This document shows, piece after piece, positions 21,728 to 31,452 of a stretch of DNA of 64,000 nt. The notes below the pieces were generated by a model that saw only the letters and a list, made by a program, of their open reading frames with translations, ran no database searches and was not told where the DNA came from. Position numbers and translations under genes: made by a program. This stretch comes from Patescibacteria group bacterium. GTDB lineage: Bacteria > Patescibacteriota > Patescibacteriia > JBAZBY01. The stretch covers positions 30,338-94,337 of the forward strand of contig JBAZBY010000001.1 in the NCBI GenBank assembly GCA_041671225.1. The letters are read 5' to 3'. How positions within the stretch are numbered: the stretch's first letter is position 1; every line of letters begins with the position of its first letter.

Positions 21728-23140
21728 TTACGTTGCGCGTTTGCGCAAATCTTCATGCACTTCCTGAATATTCTCCAGGAGGCTGCTTTCGTCAATGTAG
21801 TTGTGCATGCGGTTGGAAATCACAAACTTCCCCCCGACCATAAGGTCGCGGATGTTGCGGCCGCCATGCGTGATCATATTCGCGATGAGCGTTGACGGGT
21901 CCTTGCGGTCAAACGGTAGAAAACCGCGGTCTTTGAGCTTCCAGAATGCAAGATCAGCTTTGAACCCTACGGCAACACGGCCAACGTCCGCATAGCCCAA
22001 AAGGCGCGCACCCTGACTTGTCATCATCTTGAAAAGATTTGCATACGAGACTTCAAACGTCTCTTGATGCAATGTTTTCATTTGCAACGCTTCTGTGAGC
22101 ATATCCAAACGGTTCTTACTCACCACGCTGTCTGTTCCCAATGCGATCTGCTGCTCTGCGCCAAGCTCCACAAACAATGGATATTTAAAGTGGCCGGAAC
22201 GATGGAGTAAATTGGATGTTGGCAAATGTACCACGGCGGTTTTTGTATCGCGCAGAAGTTCAATTTCTTCACGGTCCAGATGCACTGCATGTGAAAGAAT
22301 AAGCTGCGGGCCAAGCACGCCAAAAGCCTTCAATGCGTAAATCGGACGCTTGCCATGCACGCGCATGCAATCATCAACGCTTTGTTGGTTCTCTGACGTA
22401 TGCATGGTGAACCTCACGCCATACTCATCCATCATCTTGCGCAGCTTTGCAAAAACAACGGCATCGGCCTTATGCGGATAATGAATGGCAATTGCCGGCT
22501 CCGTGAAATAGCCCCCTTGCTTCACAATCCTTTCAACGAACTCCGGCGTATTCTCCGGATGTGAATTTGAAACAGCGGACACCGCATTGATCACGCGCAT
22601 CTGTGCGTCCTTTGCTGCGCGTTCAATTGGGTCAAAAACACCATAATGTGAAAGCGCCGTGGTAATACCAGCGCGCTGCTGTTCAGTGAGGTCACCCACG
22701 GCACCAAGATAAAATTCTTCATCCGTCATCTTCCCCTCAATGGCTGCCATACCCGCGAGTGAGTGCGAAAGGTCTGCCTCACGATCCACCAATGTCCCGC
22801 GCAACATATACATGGGCGGGTGCGCATGGGCATTGACGAACCCCGGCGTGATCACGATACCGCCGCGCTGTTCTGCGTCGTAGATGAGATCAAACTCGTC
22901 AAAATTCAGCTTGCGCGCCTCCTCCTTTGGGAATAAACCGGTGATAACGCCGTCTTCAATAACAATACTCTGCCCTTGAACGGCCTCAATGTCTCCGTGA
23001 TTGTTCTCTGTGAGGGTATATGGACTACCATGAATAAGAATCTTCTTTGGTTGCTTTTCATTCCGCAGGACGGAATAGCGCGAGCGATTCTTGCGTCGCG
23101 GCTCATACGCGCTGCCTTTGAGGATAATACTTTTGATCAT
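21728..23140 (-). CDS. amidohydrolase-family metal-dependent deaminase-like protein (guanine deaminase / MtaD subgroup)
   Basis: HxH metal site VNAHAHPP, plus HTSE, SHAVHL and GTDS motifs. Convergent with guaB with a 2-nt gap. Confidence 0.75.
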   Translation of the reverse strand: MIKSIILKGSAYEPRRKNRSRYSVLRNEKQPKKILIHGSPYTLTENNHGDIEAVQGQSIVIEDGVITGLFPKEEARKLNFDEFDLIYDAEQRGGIVITPGFVNAHAHPPMYMLRGTLVDREADLSHSLAGMAAIEGKMTDEEFYLGAVGDLTEQQRAGITTALSHYGVFDPIERAAKDAQMRVINAVSAVSNSHPENTPEFVERIVKQGGYFTEPAIAIHYPHKADAVVFAKLRKMMDEYGVRFTMHTSENQQSVDDCMRVHGKRPIYALKAFGVLGPQLILSHAVHLDREEIELLRDTKTAVVHLPTSNLLHRSGHFKYPLFVELGAEQQIALGTDSVVSKNRLDMLTEALQMKTLHQETFEVSYANLFKMMTSQGARLLGYADVGRVAVGFKADLAFWKLKDRGFLPFDRKDPSTLIANMITHGGRNIRDLMVGGKFVISNRMHNYIDESSLLENIQEVHEDLRKRAT

Positions 23141-23328
23141 AAAATCTGCTGGCCAAATACTGCTTCATCAAAGAAAATAAGAAATAACAGAAGGAAAACA
23201 AACGCAAAAATCATCCAGAATGCGATGATGCCCCTGCCCACGGCCTTTATCTTGCGCTCAATGGGGTTGGCCGGATTTCCGGTCATGTGTTTGACGTATT
23301 CCTGATAGCGCTTGCGGTCGTCGTCCAT
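23137..23328 (-). CDS. small hypothetical membrane protein
   Basis: 63 aa with a C-terminal TM helix. 4-nt overlap with the downstream amidohydrolase start and 1-nt overlap with the rmuC stop. Confidence 0.45.
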   Translation of the reverse strand: MDDDRKRYQEYVKHMTGNPANPIERKIKAVGRGIIAFWMIFAFVFLLLFLIFFDEAVFGQQIL

Positions 23329-24365
23329 TAGTCGTCTTTTTTGGGAGCTTCAAGCGCGATCGTCTCATGTTCGCCGCCGCTGCCGGTGATCTTGTACAGA
23401 TCCTTGTCAATCTTCGCGAATTCTTTGTTGGAGGAATTGTACGTGTTCACCACGGTACCGATCTGATTGCCGAGCTTTTCCTGATAGCTTTGGTAATTGA
23501 GTAGGCGTCGCTGCAACTGCTCCACGTTCTTGCGGATCTCCTTTGCACTCTCTTCGATCTGCAATGCGCGCAATCCCTGCAGCACGGTCTGCAAATATGC
23601 ATGGAAAGACGTTGGCGATACGATAATAACGCGCCGCTCCTTGAATGCGTATTCGATGAGATCCCGCGTGGAGATCTTGATGGCGCCGACCTTGTTCACG
23701 AGCAAGTCATAATAAATCGCTTCTGCCGGAATGAACATGAACGCGAAGTCCAAGGTCCCCTCCTTCGGCCGGATATACTTGGACGTTTCATCAATGCGGT
23801 TCTTGAGGTCTTGCTTGAACGCCTTTTCCAATTCCAAACGTCGCACATCATCCCGCTCATCCAGAATGCGCTCATAATTCTCCAGTGAGAACTTGGCGTC
23901 GATCGGGACGATCTGGTCCTTCAAGAAGATGACCGCATCAACGATCTCCCCATCCTTGAACTTGTACTGCATCTGGTATGATGACGGCGGCAAAATATTC
24001 TTCAGGATCTCCTCAAGATAAAATTCACCGAGAATACCCCGCTGCTTCGGGTTCTTCAGAATGTCCTGCAAGTCCTTGAGCTGGTCCGCAAACCCCACAA
24101 CCTGGCGGTTGGTCTCATCCAGCTTGGTGAGTTTCTCCGTGACGCCTTCAATGATCTTGATGCTGTCTCTCATTTGATTTTGTACGCTTTCCCGCGTTTC
24201 TTTGTTCGCAGAATCCAAGCGCTGCTGAATGGCCTGCACGTTCTGGTTCAAAAGCTGCATGCCGGCGCCGTCTTCCTGCGTTTTCTTGGGACGGGAAACC
24301 AGCCAAGCAATGATGCCTATGCCGGCGATAAGGATGATAGCGATGATGATGGTGTCGGAACTCAT
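23328..24365 (-). CDS. rmuC: DNA recombination protein RmuC
   Basis: N-terminal TM, a long coiled coil, and an RmuC C-terminal domain (FAFMFIPAEAIYYDL ... VIIVSPTSFHAYLQ). Confidence 0.85.
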   Translation of the reverse strand: MSSDTIIIAIILIAGIGIIAWLVSRPKKTQEDGAGMQLLNQNVQAIQQRLDSANKETRESVQNQMRDSIKIIEGVTEKLTKLDETNRQVVGFADQLKDLQDILKNPKQRGILGEFYLEEILKNILPPSSYQMQYKFKDGEIVDAVIFLKDQIVPIDAKFSLENYERILDERDDVRRLELEKAFKQDLKNRIDETSKYIRPKEGTLDFAFMFIPAEAIYYDLLVNKVGAIKISTRDLIEYAFKERRVIIVSPTSFHAYLQTVLQGLRALQIEESAKEIRKNVEQLQRRLLNYQSYQEKLGNQIGTVVNTYNSSNKEFAKIDKDLYKITGSGGEHETIALEAPKKDD

Positions 24366-25159
24366 GTAGGGAGTTTAAAAAACGCGATGGCATTATCAAT
24401 AGTCTGCTTTCTAACCTCATCGTATTCTATCCCCCGCAGTTCGGCAACCTTTCTGCCCACAAACTCCACCCACAGCGGCTCATTGCGCTCGCCGCGGTGC
24501 GGAACGGACGCAAGGTATGGCGCATCGGTTTCAATCATCAGCCGCTCCATGGGCATCTTTTGAATAACCTCATGCATGTGCTCCGCCTTCTGATATGTGA
24601 TATTGCCGGTGAAGGAAATGGAACCGCCGAGCTCCAAGAATTGCCCGGCTTCTTCCCAGCGTCCGGAAAAACAATGGCACACGAATTTTGGCCGCTCCTT
24701 TTTATAGATTTCCAGCACGCGCTGGTACGCATCATACTTCCCTTTTTCATCCCGGATATGCGTGATGATGGGCAGGTCCAATTCCTTTGCAAGCTTGATG
24801 TGCTGCAGAAATACTTCTTCCTGCGCCGCAAGGTCGGTTGTGCGATCCCCCTGAATGCGAAAGTAATCAATGCCGCATTCACCGATTGCAACGGTCTCCG
24901 GTTCTTTTGCAAGCCGCTCAAAAACATCATATGCAAAACCGAACTCCTGCGCATGCGTCGGGTGCACCGCAACGGCGGCAAACAATTTTCCTTTGTGCTC
25001 CTTTGCGAGTTGCACGGCAAACTCGCTCGTTGGCTGTTGCGAAGACGGCACGATCATCCACATGCCTGCATCCAGCGACCGCTTGATGACATCCTCGCGG
25101 TCTTCATCAAAACCCTGGAACTGCAGGTGGCTGTGGATGTCGATGAGGGAAGGCAACAT
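24362..25159 (-). CDS. tatD: TatD-family metal-dependent DNase/hydrolase
   Basis: N-terminal IDIHSHL, plus GECGIDY and HCFSG motifs. Confidence 0.88.
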   Translation of the reverse strand: MLPSLIDIHSHLQFQGFDEDREDVIKRSLDAGMWMIVPSSQQPTSEFAVQLAKEHKGKLFAAVAVHPTHAQEFGFAYDVFERLAKEPETVAIGECGIDYFRIQGDRTTDLAAQEEVFLQHIKLAKELDLPIITHIRDEKGKYDAYQRVLEIYKKERPKFVCHCFSGRWEEAGQFLELGGSISFTGNITYQKAEHMHEVIQKMPMERLMIETDAPYLASVPHRGERNEPLWVEFVGRKVAELRGIEYDEVRKQTIDNAIAFFKLPT

Positions 25160-25671
25160 TAGAGCACCGCGTCCTTCAGTTTCTCAATGGCCTCCGGAAA
25201 CAGCGGCGTAAGCCAGCTCGATGCTGCACCGAGCCAATCTGCTGCCCAGGAATTTTCCAATGCATTGACCCCGTCGGGTGTGAGCGGAAGGTATCCGGCA
25301 AAGTTTGATGCAATGCCGAGAATCAACACCGCCTGAATTGCTCCGAATCCTGCGCCGCCGATTCGGTTCAACAATTTAAGGCCCGGCACGATGGCGATGA
25401 TGTTAAAGACCTTGTTGATGGCCCACAGGATGATGCCAAAGCCTTTGCTCACCACGATGAGGATGAGCACGAATCCGACGATGTCCTGCGCGTTCTCGTT
25501 CTGTATCATCCATGCCAATGCATTTCCTGCCTGCGCGTAGTAATGCGTTGCAAGGAAAATGGCAACGAAGAAACCGAGCAAACCGCCGACTGCCATGATG
25601 AGCCCCTCACGGAAGCCGGAAAAAACGAATAGTGCAAAGAAGATGATGATGACCCAATCGATGATGTTCAT
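25159..25671 (-). CDS. cvpA: CvpA-family membrane protein
   Basis: N-terminus MNIIDWVIIIFFALFVFSGFREG is typical of CvpA; 4 TM helices. Confidence 0.8.
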   Translation of the reverse strand: MNIIDWVIIIFFALFVFSGFREGLIMAVGGLLGFFVAIFLATHYYAQAGNALAWMIQNENAQDIVGFVLILIVVSKGFGIILWAINKVFNIIAIVPGLKLLNRIGGAGFGAIQAVLILGIASNFAGYLPLTPDGVNALENSWAADWLGAASSWLTPLFPEAIEKLKDAVL

Positions 25672-25723
25672 AAGAGAGGAGTGTTAGAGAGTTTAGAGAT
25701 ATTAGAGAGCTGGGGTTAAGAAA

Positions 25724-26161
25724 CTAGGCGGCCAATTTTAATAATTGAGAAACAGTAAAAACAAGAAGAAAGTTTAGAAAAAGAAGGCTCAAAAAACCGA
25801 TAAGCCATCGTTTCGGTTTTGCCAAAAATCCAAGCAAGAGACTTAGCAGGCCGTTGCCGTATGTTAAAAATATGAATCCATAAAGAGCAAACAGACCTAC
25901 GCCCAAAAATTCGAAGTCATCCAGTACAGAAATTTCAGTGAGTGTACTTTGTACGATAATACCAGCGAATCCAAAACCAACAATGAGCATAAGGAGCGGT
26001 GCATAGACAAAGCGAAACACGCGTAAGAGTCTTCCATCATCCCTCTTTGGCAACATCCACCATAATAAAAGAAGTGCAATGAATGCAGGGACGGCAAAAT
26101 AGAGAGCAACCGGGTAAAACTGCAACGGGCTGAGAAAGATTGAAAGAAAGAAATCACCCAT
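25724..26161 (-). CDS. hypothetical polytopic membrane protein
   Basis: 145 aa, mostly hydrophobic, with no recognisable motif. Confidence 0.5.
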   Translation of the reverse strand: MGDFFLSIFLSPLQFYPVALYFAVPAFIALLLLWWMLPKRDDGRLLRVFRFVYAPLLMLIVGFGFAGIIVQSTLTEISVLDDFEFLGVGLFALYGFIFLTYGNGLLSLLLGFLAKPKRWLIGFLSLLFLNFLLVFTVSQLLKLAA

Positions 26162-26162
26162 A

Positions 26163-27623
26163 CTAGAGTTTCATTCTTGGAAAAAGCGGCTCGGCTTTTT
26201 CAATTTTCTCTGCAGTGACTGCTGCAACGATCTTCTCCCCTTTCTCCGGCATGAAGGGCGTGACGGAAGCCCCGATCTCCTCAACGCGCGCACGAAGATC
26301 CGCAAGAACGTCTGCGATTTTTTTCTTTGCCTCATCACTGCCTTCTTTTGCAAGCACCCATGGTTTCTCAACATCAATAATGCCGTTCGCTTCCGCGATC
26401 GCGGACCAAATCGCCAATAGCGCCTCATCAAGCGCAATGCGTTCCATGCATGCGCCAATCGATTTTTGTAGATTGCCAGATGGCACTCTGCGCTCAACCT
26501 CGCCGTTGCAATACTGGGCGATCATATTGGTCGTCCTGCTCACCAAGTTCCCCAGTCCATTCGCCAGATCCGCATTATATTTTTCTGCAAACCGCTCTTC
26601 CTGGATGTCGCCATCATTGCCGAAAGGGAATTGCGAGAGCAACAGATAGCGCGTGGCGTCTGCGCCGTATTGCTCCACCATTGCCAAGGGGTCGATCACG
26701 TTGCCAAGCGACTTGCTCATCTTCTTGCCGTTGAGCGAGAAGAAACCGTGTGCAAAGACCTTCTTGGGGAGCGGGACGCCTGCAGCAAGCAACATCGCCG
26801 GCCAATGCACCGCATGAAACTTGATGATGTCCTTTGCCATGAGCTGCACATCTGCCGGCCAGAATTTCTTGAAGCGCTCACCGTCCGGATACCCCAATGC
26901 GGAAATGTAATTCTGCAACGCTTCCACCCACACATAGACCTTCTGCGACGGGTCAACCACAAAATCCACGCCCCAGGTCGCGCGCTCACGCGTCACGGAA
27001 AAATCCGCCTTGCTGCCGATCTTCCGCAGCTCTTTGATGAGCCCAAGCGTTTCATTGCGACGCGAGTCCGGCCCCACCTGCAGCGTTCCATCCGTGATCG
27101 CCTGTTCCACTTTGTCCAAATACGCCGTGAGCTTGAAGAACCAGTTCTTCTCTTTCAATACTTCCGGCTTGGTCCCATGAATGGGGCACAAGCCATCCTG
27201 CAAATCTTTCTCTGTATAAAAATCCTCGCATCCTTTGCAATAAAGGCCCTCATAAGACCCTTCATACAGCGCACCGGCGTCATACAGTTTTTGCATGAAC
27301 ACATCCACGCTCTTCTTATGGAACGGTGCTGTAGTGCGCATGAAGATATCGTTGGAGATATTGAGCGCCGCGAATGCCTTCTGAAAATTCGCTGCATTCA
27401 GGTCGATGAACTCCTGCGTCTCCATGCCGTGTTCCTTGGCGCTGTCCACGTTCTTCTGCGCGTGCTCATCCGTGCCCGTCAAAAAAAAGACGTTCTCTGC
27501 GCCGATCTCCTTGCGCCAATACCGCGCCAAAACATCCGCTGCGATGGTCGTGTACGCATGGCCGATATGCGGCTTGTCGTTCACGTAATAGATCGGTGTC
27601 GTGATGTAGAACCGTTGCGCCAT
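26163..27623 (-). CDS. metG: methionine--tRNA ligase
   Basis: Class I HIGH (PHIGHAYT) and KMSKS (KMSKSLGN) motifs. The ORF track starts at a TTG 12 codons upstream (27659); the ATG at 27623 (MAQRFYITTPIYY) matches the conserved N-terminus. Confidence 0.93.
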   Translation of the reverse strand: MAQRFYITTPIYYVNDKPHIGHAYTTIAADVLARYWRKEIGAENVFFLTGTDEHAQKNVDSAKEHGMETQEFIDLNAANFQKAFAALNISNDIFMRTTAPFHKKSVDVFMQKLYDAGALYEGSYEGLYCKGCEDFYTEKDLQDGLCPIHGTKPEVLKEKNWFFKLTAYLDKVEQAITDGTLQVGPDSRRNETLGLIKELRKIGSKADFSVTRERATWGVDFVVDPSQKVYVWVEALQNYISALGYPDGERFKKFWPADVQLMAKDIIKFHAVHWPAMLLAAGVPLPKKVFAHGFFSLNGKKMSKSLGNVIDPLAMVEQYGADATRYLLLSQFPFGNDGDIQEERFAEKYNADLANGLGNLVSRTTNMIAQYCNGEVERRVPSGNLQKSIGACMERIALDEALLAIWSAIAEANGIIDVEKPWVLAKEGSDEAKKKIADVLADLRARVEEIGASVTPFMPEKGEKIVAAVTAEKIEKAEPLFPRMKL

Positions 27624-27719
27624 ATGTTCAAATAAAGAAGCCGGCGGCCCGTTCGCCAAAATACGAACGAGACTCGCAAAGATCAGCGGCCTCCGAGGTA
27701 GTACTGTATACGAAACACG

Positions 27720-28763
27720 CTAGTCAACGTTAGGTTCCACCACGCCGCCATTGGCATACACCTTGAAGATGGTGTCAGCAATAATCACCATAGGAATCGC
27801 AAGAATAATTCCTGCGAGACCTCCCAGCTTTGCGCCCGCGAGCATGACGATGATGATGATGACCGCATTAAGACCGGTGACGCGCGCCATAATCTTCGGC
27901 TGGATGATGGTGTTCTCAAGCTGCTGGATGACGATGTAGAGAATGATGACGAACAATGCCTTGAGCGGCGAATCCGCAAACGCGAGGAGTACGGCGGGAA
28001 CGGCGCCGATGATGGGCCCTGCATACGGAATGAATTCCGTGAGCCCGGCGATGAGCGCGAGCAAAAGCGCATATTTCACGCCGAGGATGGAAAGCCCGAT
28101 GAACGAGAGCGCGCCAATAATCACACCGAGCAAAAGCTGGCCACGCAACCAATTGCCAAGCCTGCTCTGAATGCGTGAAAGAAGCTGACCGAGCATGTCA
28201 TGGTACTGCGCAGGGCTCACCGCGCGAATGAACCGGCGGAGCCCGCGCTCTTCAAGAGCAAAATAGAAGGTCAGCACGAGAATACCAACAAAGGAGAAAA
28301 GTCCGCCAAAGGCAGCGGCAAGTCCACTAAACACCCCATTGGTGATTTTGCCGAGTGAAGAATTGACGGTGTTAAGGAATTCCTGAATGCTCTGCGTGAG
28401 ACCCGTATCGTTCGTATCAATACCCGCGACAATGCGGTCATATAAATTTGGTAGTGAACTTGAAAACTGCTGGATCTGATCGGTGAGGAGCGGAACAAGC
28501 AAAGCAACAACAAGACTCACGACGCTGATCAATGCTGCATAAATGATGAGGATGGCAAAAACGCGAGGAATCTTGCGCTTCTGCAGTGAATCCACCATTG
28601 GATCAATAGCCGAGGCAAGAACGAGGGCAATAAAAACAATGCCAACGACCTGCACAAGCTGAATAATCAGCCAGATAAGAAAAAGGACGACAACGATTTT
28701 CGCTATCGTGCGTAAACTGATTGTCAGCTCGAATTTTCCGTTTTCTGAAGCCACTAAAGCCAT
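27720..28763 (-). CDS. AI-2E family transporter (PerM-like)
   Basis: 347-aa, 8-TM protein with the AI-2E family layout. Confidence 0.8.
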   Translation of the reverse strand: MALVASENGKFELTISLRTIAKIVVVLFLIWLIIQLVQVVGIVFIALVLASAIDPMVDSLQKRKIPRVFAILIIYAALISVVSLVVALLVPLLTDQIQQFSSSLPNLYDRIVAGIDTNDTGLTQSIQEFLNTVNSSLGKITNGVFSGLAAAFGGLFSFVGILVLTFYFALEERGLRRFIRAVSPAQYHDMLGQLLSRIQSRLGNWLRGQLLLGVIIGALSFIGLSILGVKYALLLALIAGLTEFIPYAGPIIGAVPAVLLAFADSPLKALFVIILYIVIQQLENTIIQPKIMARVTGLNAVIIIIVMLAGAKLGGLAGIILAIPMVIIADTIFKVYANGGVVEPNVD

Positions 28764-28802
28764 AAATGATGACTGTAGTATACTGAAAAACCGTTTCTGT
28801 GG

Positions 28803-30071
28803 CTAGCGCGAGAGAAGTTTAATGAAATGCGCCTTATCTTTGTATGGTCCAATGATCGCAAGCGTCAGCCTACTCATCTTCATGATATCTTTTGCCACGC
28901 GCAGCACATCTGCGCGGGTCACGCGTTCCACCTCACGCTCACGTTCATGTGGAGTTTTGATTGAGGGTTGGAACAATGCTTGCTGACCATAATAATTCGC
29001 CGCATTACGGGAATCCTCCATCTGCAGCACCAACTGACCCTTCAGGAACTCTTTTGCGCGGCCGAGCTCGATGGCGGTGATACCCTTCTGCTGGATGAGC
29101 TTTAATTCCTGAAAAATAACCTTCAAGGCTTCATCCACGCGGTCATGCGCTAAACCGGACTGAACCATGAAATTGCCAGTATCCTCATACATAGAAACAC
29201 CCGCACGCACGGAATACGCGAGGCCGCGCCGCTCGCGCACCTGGATGAACAGGCGTGAGCTCATGTTGCCCCCAAGAACTGCCGCAAGGACATGAAGCGC
29301 AATAAGATTCTTGTGATTATACGGGTACGCAGGATACCCAAGCGCCATCTGCACCTGCTCGGTTTCTTTGTACGACAACGCGATAGTCGGCTTCTTCTGC
29401 GTGATGGTCTTCTTCTTTGGTTTTGGCAATGCCTTTGATTTCTTGTTCGTCTCAAATGCAAAACGAATCTGGTCAAAGATTGTTTTCTCATTCACGCGGC
29501 CGGCAACAATCACATTTGTGTTATTTGGCTGGTAAAAGGTATTTTTGTATGCAACGAGTTTGGCGCGAGAAACGGTGCGGATGATCTTTCGCGGGCCGGC
29601 AATATCCCAACCAAGCGGATGGTCGCCATACATCGCGCCCTCAAAAACGTCATCAATATACATGAGCGGGTTGTCGCGATACATATTGATCTCTTCAATA
29701 ATCACGCCCCGCTCGCGTTCGATTTCCTTGGGATCAAACTTGGAGTTGTAGAGCATGTCAGAGAGAATATCCAAAAGTAACGGCAGCTTCTCCGCATTCG
29801 CTTTGATGTAATAACCGGTGTAGTCCTTGCTTGTGAACGCGTTATATTCCGCGCCAATGCCGTCCAACTCTTTTGAGATGGAAAGCGTTGTTGGGCGCTT
29901 CTTTGTCCCCTTGAACATCAAGTGCTCAATGAAGTGCGAAACGCCATTGATGTCCTTTGTCTCGTTGCGCGAGCCGACTTTGAATAACACGAGTGCGGTG
30001 ACCGCTTCTGTCTCATGCCGCGGGGCGACGATCATGCGGAGTCCGTTCTTGAGCTTTGCTTGTTGTATCAT
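28803..30071 (-). CDS. M16-family zinc metallopeptidase (pitrilysin-like)
   Basis: Inverted zinc motif HFIEHLMFKGT (HxxEH). Confidence 0.88.
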   Translation of the reverse strand: MIQQAKLKNGLRMIVAPRHETEAVTALVLFKVGSRNETKDINGVSHFIEHLMFKGTKKRPTTLSISKELDGIGAEYNAFTSKDYTGYYIKANAEKLPLLLDILSDMLYNSKFDPKEIERERGVIIEEINMYRDNPLMYIDDVFEGAMYGDHPLGWDIAGPRKIIRTVSRAKLVAYKNTFYQPNNTNVIVAGRVNEKTIFDQIRFAFETNKKSKALPKPKKKTITQKKPTIALSYKETEQVQMALGYPAYPYNHKNLIALHVLAAVLGGNMSSRLFIQVRERRGLAYSVRAGVSMYEDTGNFMVQSGLAHDRVDEALKVIFQELKLIQQKGITAIELGRAKEFLKGQLVLQMEDSRNAANYYGQQALFQPSIKTPHEREREVERVTRADVLRVAKDIMKMSRLTLAIIGPYKDKAHFIKLLSR

Positions 30072-31405
30072 GAAAATTTTTCTGTGAAGTAATGAATGAG
30101 ATCATCAATAGGAATGCGCTCCTGCTCCATGGTATCCCGGTCGCGCACCGTCACCTGGCTGTCCGTGAGCGTGTCAAAATCCACGGTCACGCAATAGGGC
30201 GTTCCCGCTTCATCTTGACGGCGGTACCTGCGGCCGATGGATGCCGTCTCGTCATAGCTTGTTGTCCAGTGCTTCTGTAATTTTGTTTGCAGCTCTTTTG
30301 CCGGACCTGCAAGTTCCTCTTTTTTCGAAAGTGGCAAAATCGCTATTTGGATTGGCGCAAGATGTTTGGGGAACTGCAATACCAACTCTTCATCCTTTGT
30401 TGCCTCGGTTGTTTTGGTACGGCCACCTTCGATCATGCGGTAACTCTCGAGCATCACGGCAAGAAAAAGCCGTCCAATGCCACCCGTTGGCTCAATCACA
30501 TAAGGAAGATATTCCTCATTCGTCTTTGGATCGCGATACATAAAATTTTTGCCAGAAGCTTCCATGTGCCGCTTCAAATCATAGTCGGTTCGGTTTGCGA
30601 GACCCCACAGCTCATCCCATCCCCATGGAAACTTATAATGAATATCAACCGTGCGCTTACTGTAATGCGCGAGCTCATCCTTTGGAGTCTCATAGCGCTT
30701 GAGATTTTCCTTCTTCAAACCGAAGCGTTCAATAAGCGCGTTTTCCATGAAGACCAGCCAGTCATCAAAAGCTTTTTCATCCTCACCTGGTTTCACAAAG
30801 TATTCCAACTCGGCAATATCAAACTCACGGACGCGAAAAATGAAGTTGCGATAGGTGATCTCGTTGCGAAAACTCTTTCCGATCTGCGCGATACCAAACG
30901 GCACCTTTGCGCGCATGGAATCCATCACATTCATATAATTCGTGAACATCCCCTGTGCTGTTTCCGGGCGCAGATATGCAACGTTCGCATCTTCCTCAAC
31001 GGGACCGGCAAATGTTTTGAACATTGTGTTAAACTGCTTCACTTCTGTGAAGTCCTGATGCTTGTGCTCTTTGATGTCATCTTCTTTATCTGCGCGTATA
31101 CGCTCATTGCACACTTTGCATTCCACCATCGGGTCAGTGAAATGTGCTAAGTGTCCACTCGCCGCAAAGACGGCCGGTGGCGCAATAATACTACTCTCAA
31201 TGCCATAGACATCATCACGCTCTTCAACGAATACCTTCCACCAGAGCGCTTCAAGATTCCGCTTGAGCTGCACACCCAAGGGGCCAAAATCATAAAAACC
31301 TCCAAGTCCACCATAGAGCTCAGCGGATGGGTGCACAAACCCGCGTCGCTTTGCGAGGGAGACTATCGCTTCCATTGTTTTTACGTCTGTGGCTGGCTTT
31401 GCCAT
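30068..31405 (-). CDS. glyQS: glycine--tRNA ligase (alpha2 dimeric type)
   Basis: Class II aaRS core with the N-terminal GlyRS signature GFVHPSAELYGGLGGFYDFGPLG. Confidence 0.93.
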   Translation of the reverse strand: MAKPATDVKTMEAIVSLAKRRGFVHPSAELYGGLGGFYDFGPLGVQLKRNLEALWWKVFVEERDDVYGIESSIIAPPAVFAASGHLAHFTDPMVECKVCNERIRADKEDDIKEHKHQDFTEVKQFNTMFKTFAGPVEEDANVAYLRPETAQGMFTNYMNVMDSMRAKVPFGIAQIGKSFRNEITYRNFIFRVREFDIAELEYFVKPGEDEKAFDDWLVFMENALIERFGLKKENLKRYETPKDELAHYSKRTVDIHYKFPWGWDELWGLANRTDYDLKRHMEASGKNFMYRDPKTNEEYLPYVIEPTGGIGRLFLAVMLESYRMIEGGRTKTTEATKDEELVLQFPKHLAPIQIAILPLSKKEELAGPAKELQTKLQKHWTTSYDETASIGRRYRRQDEAGTPYCVTVDFDTLTDSQVTVRDRDTMEQERIPIDDLIHYFTEKFS

Positions 31406-31452
31406 AACAAATGGAAGTATAGCGGGGAATGCTGCTTTGGCGCAAGAACTCT

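Noticed and set aside
26631-27635. 334-aa plus-strand ORF.
   Set aside because: Antisense shadow of metG.
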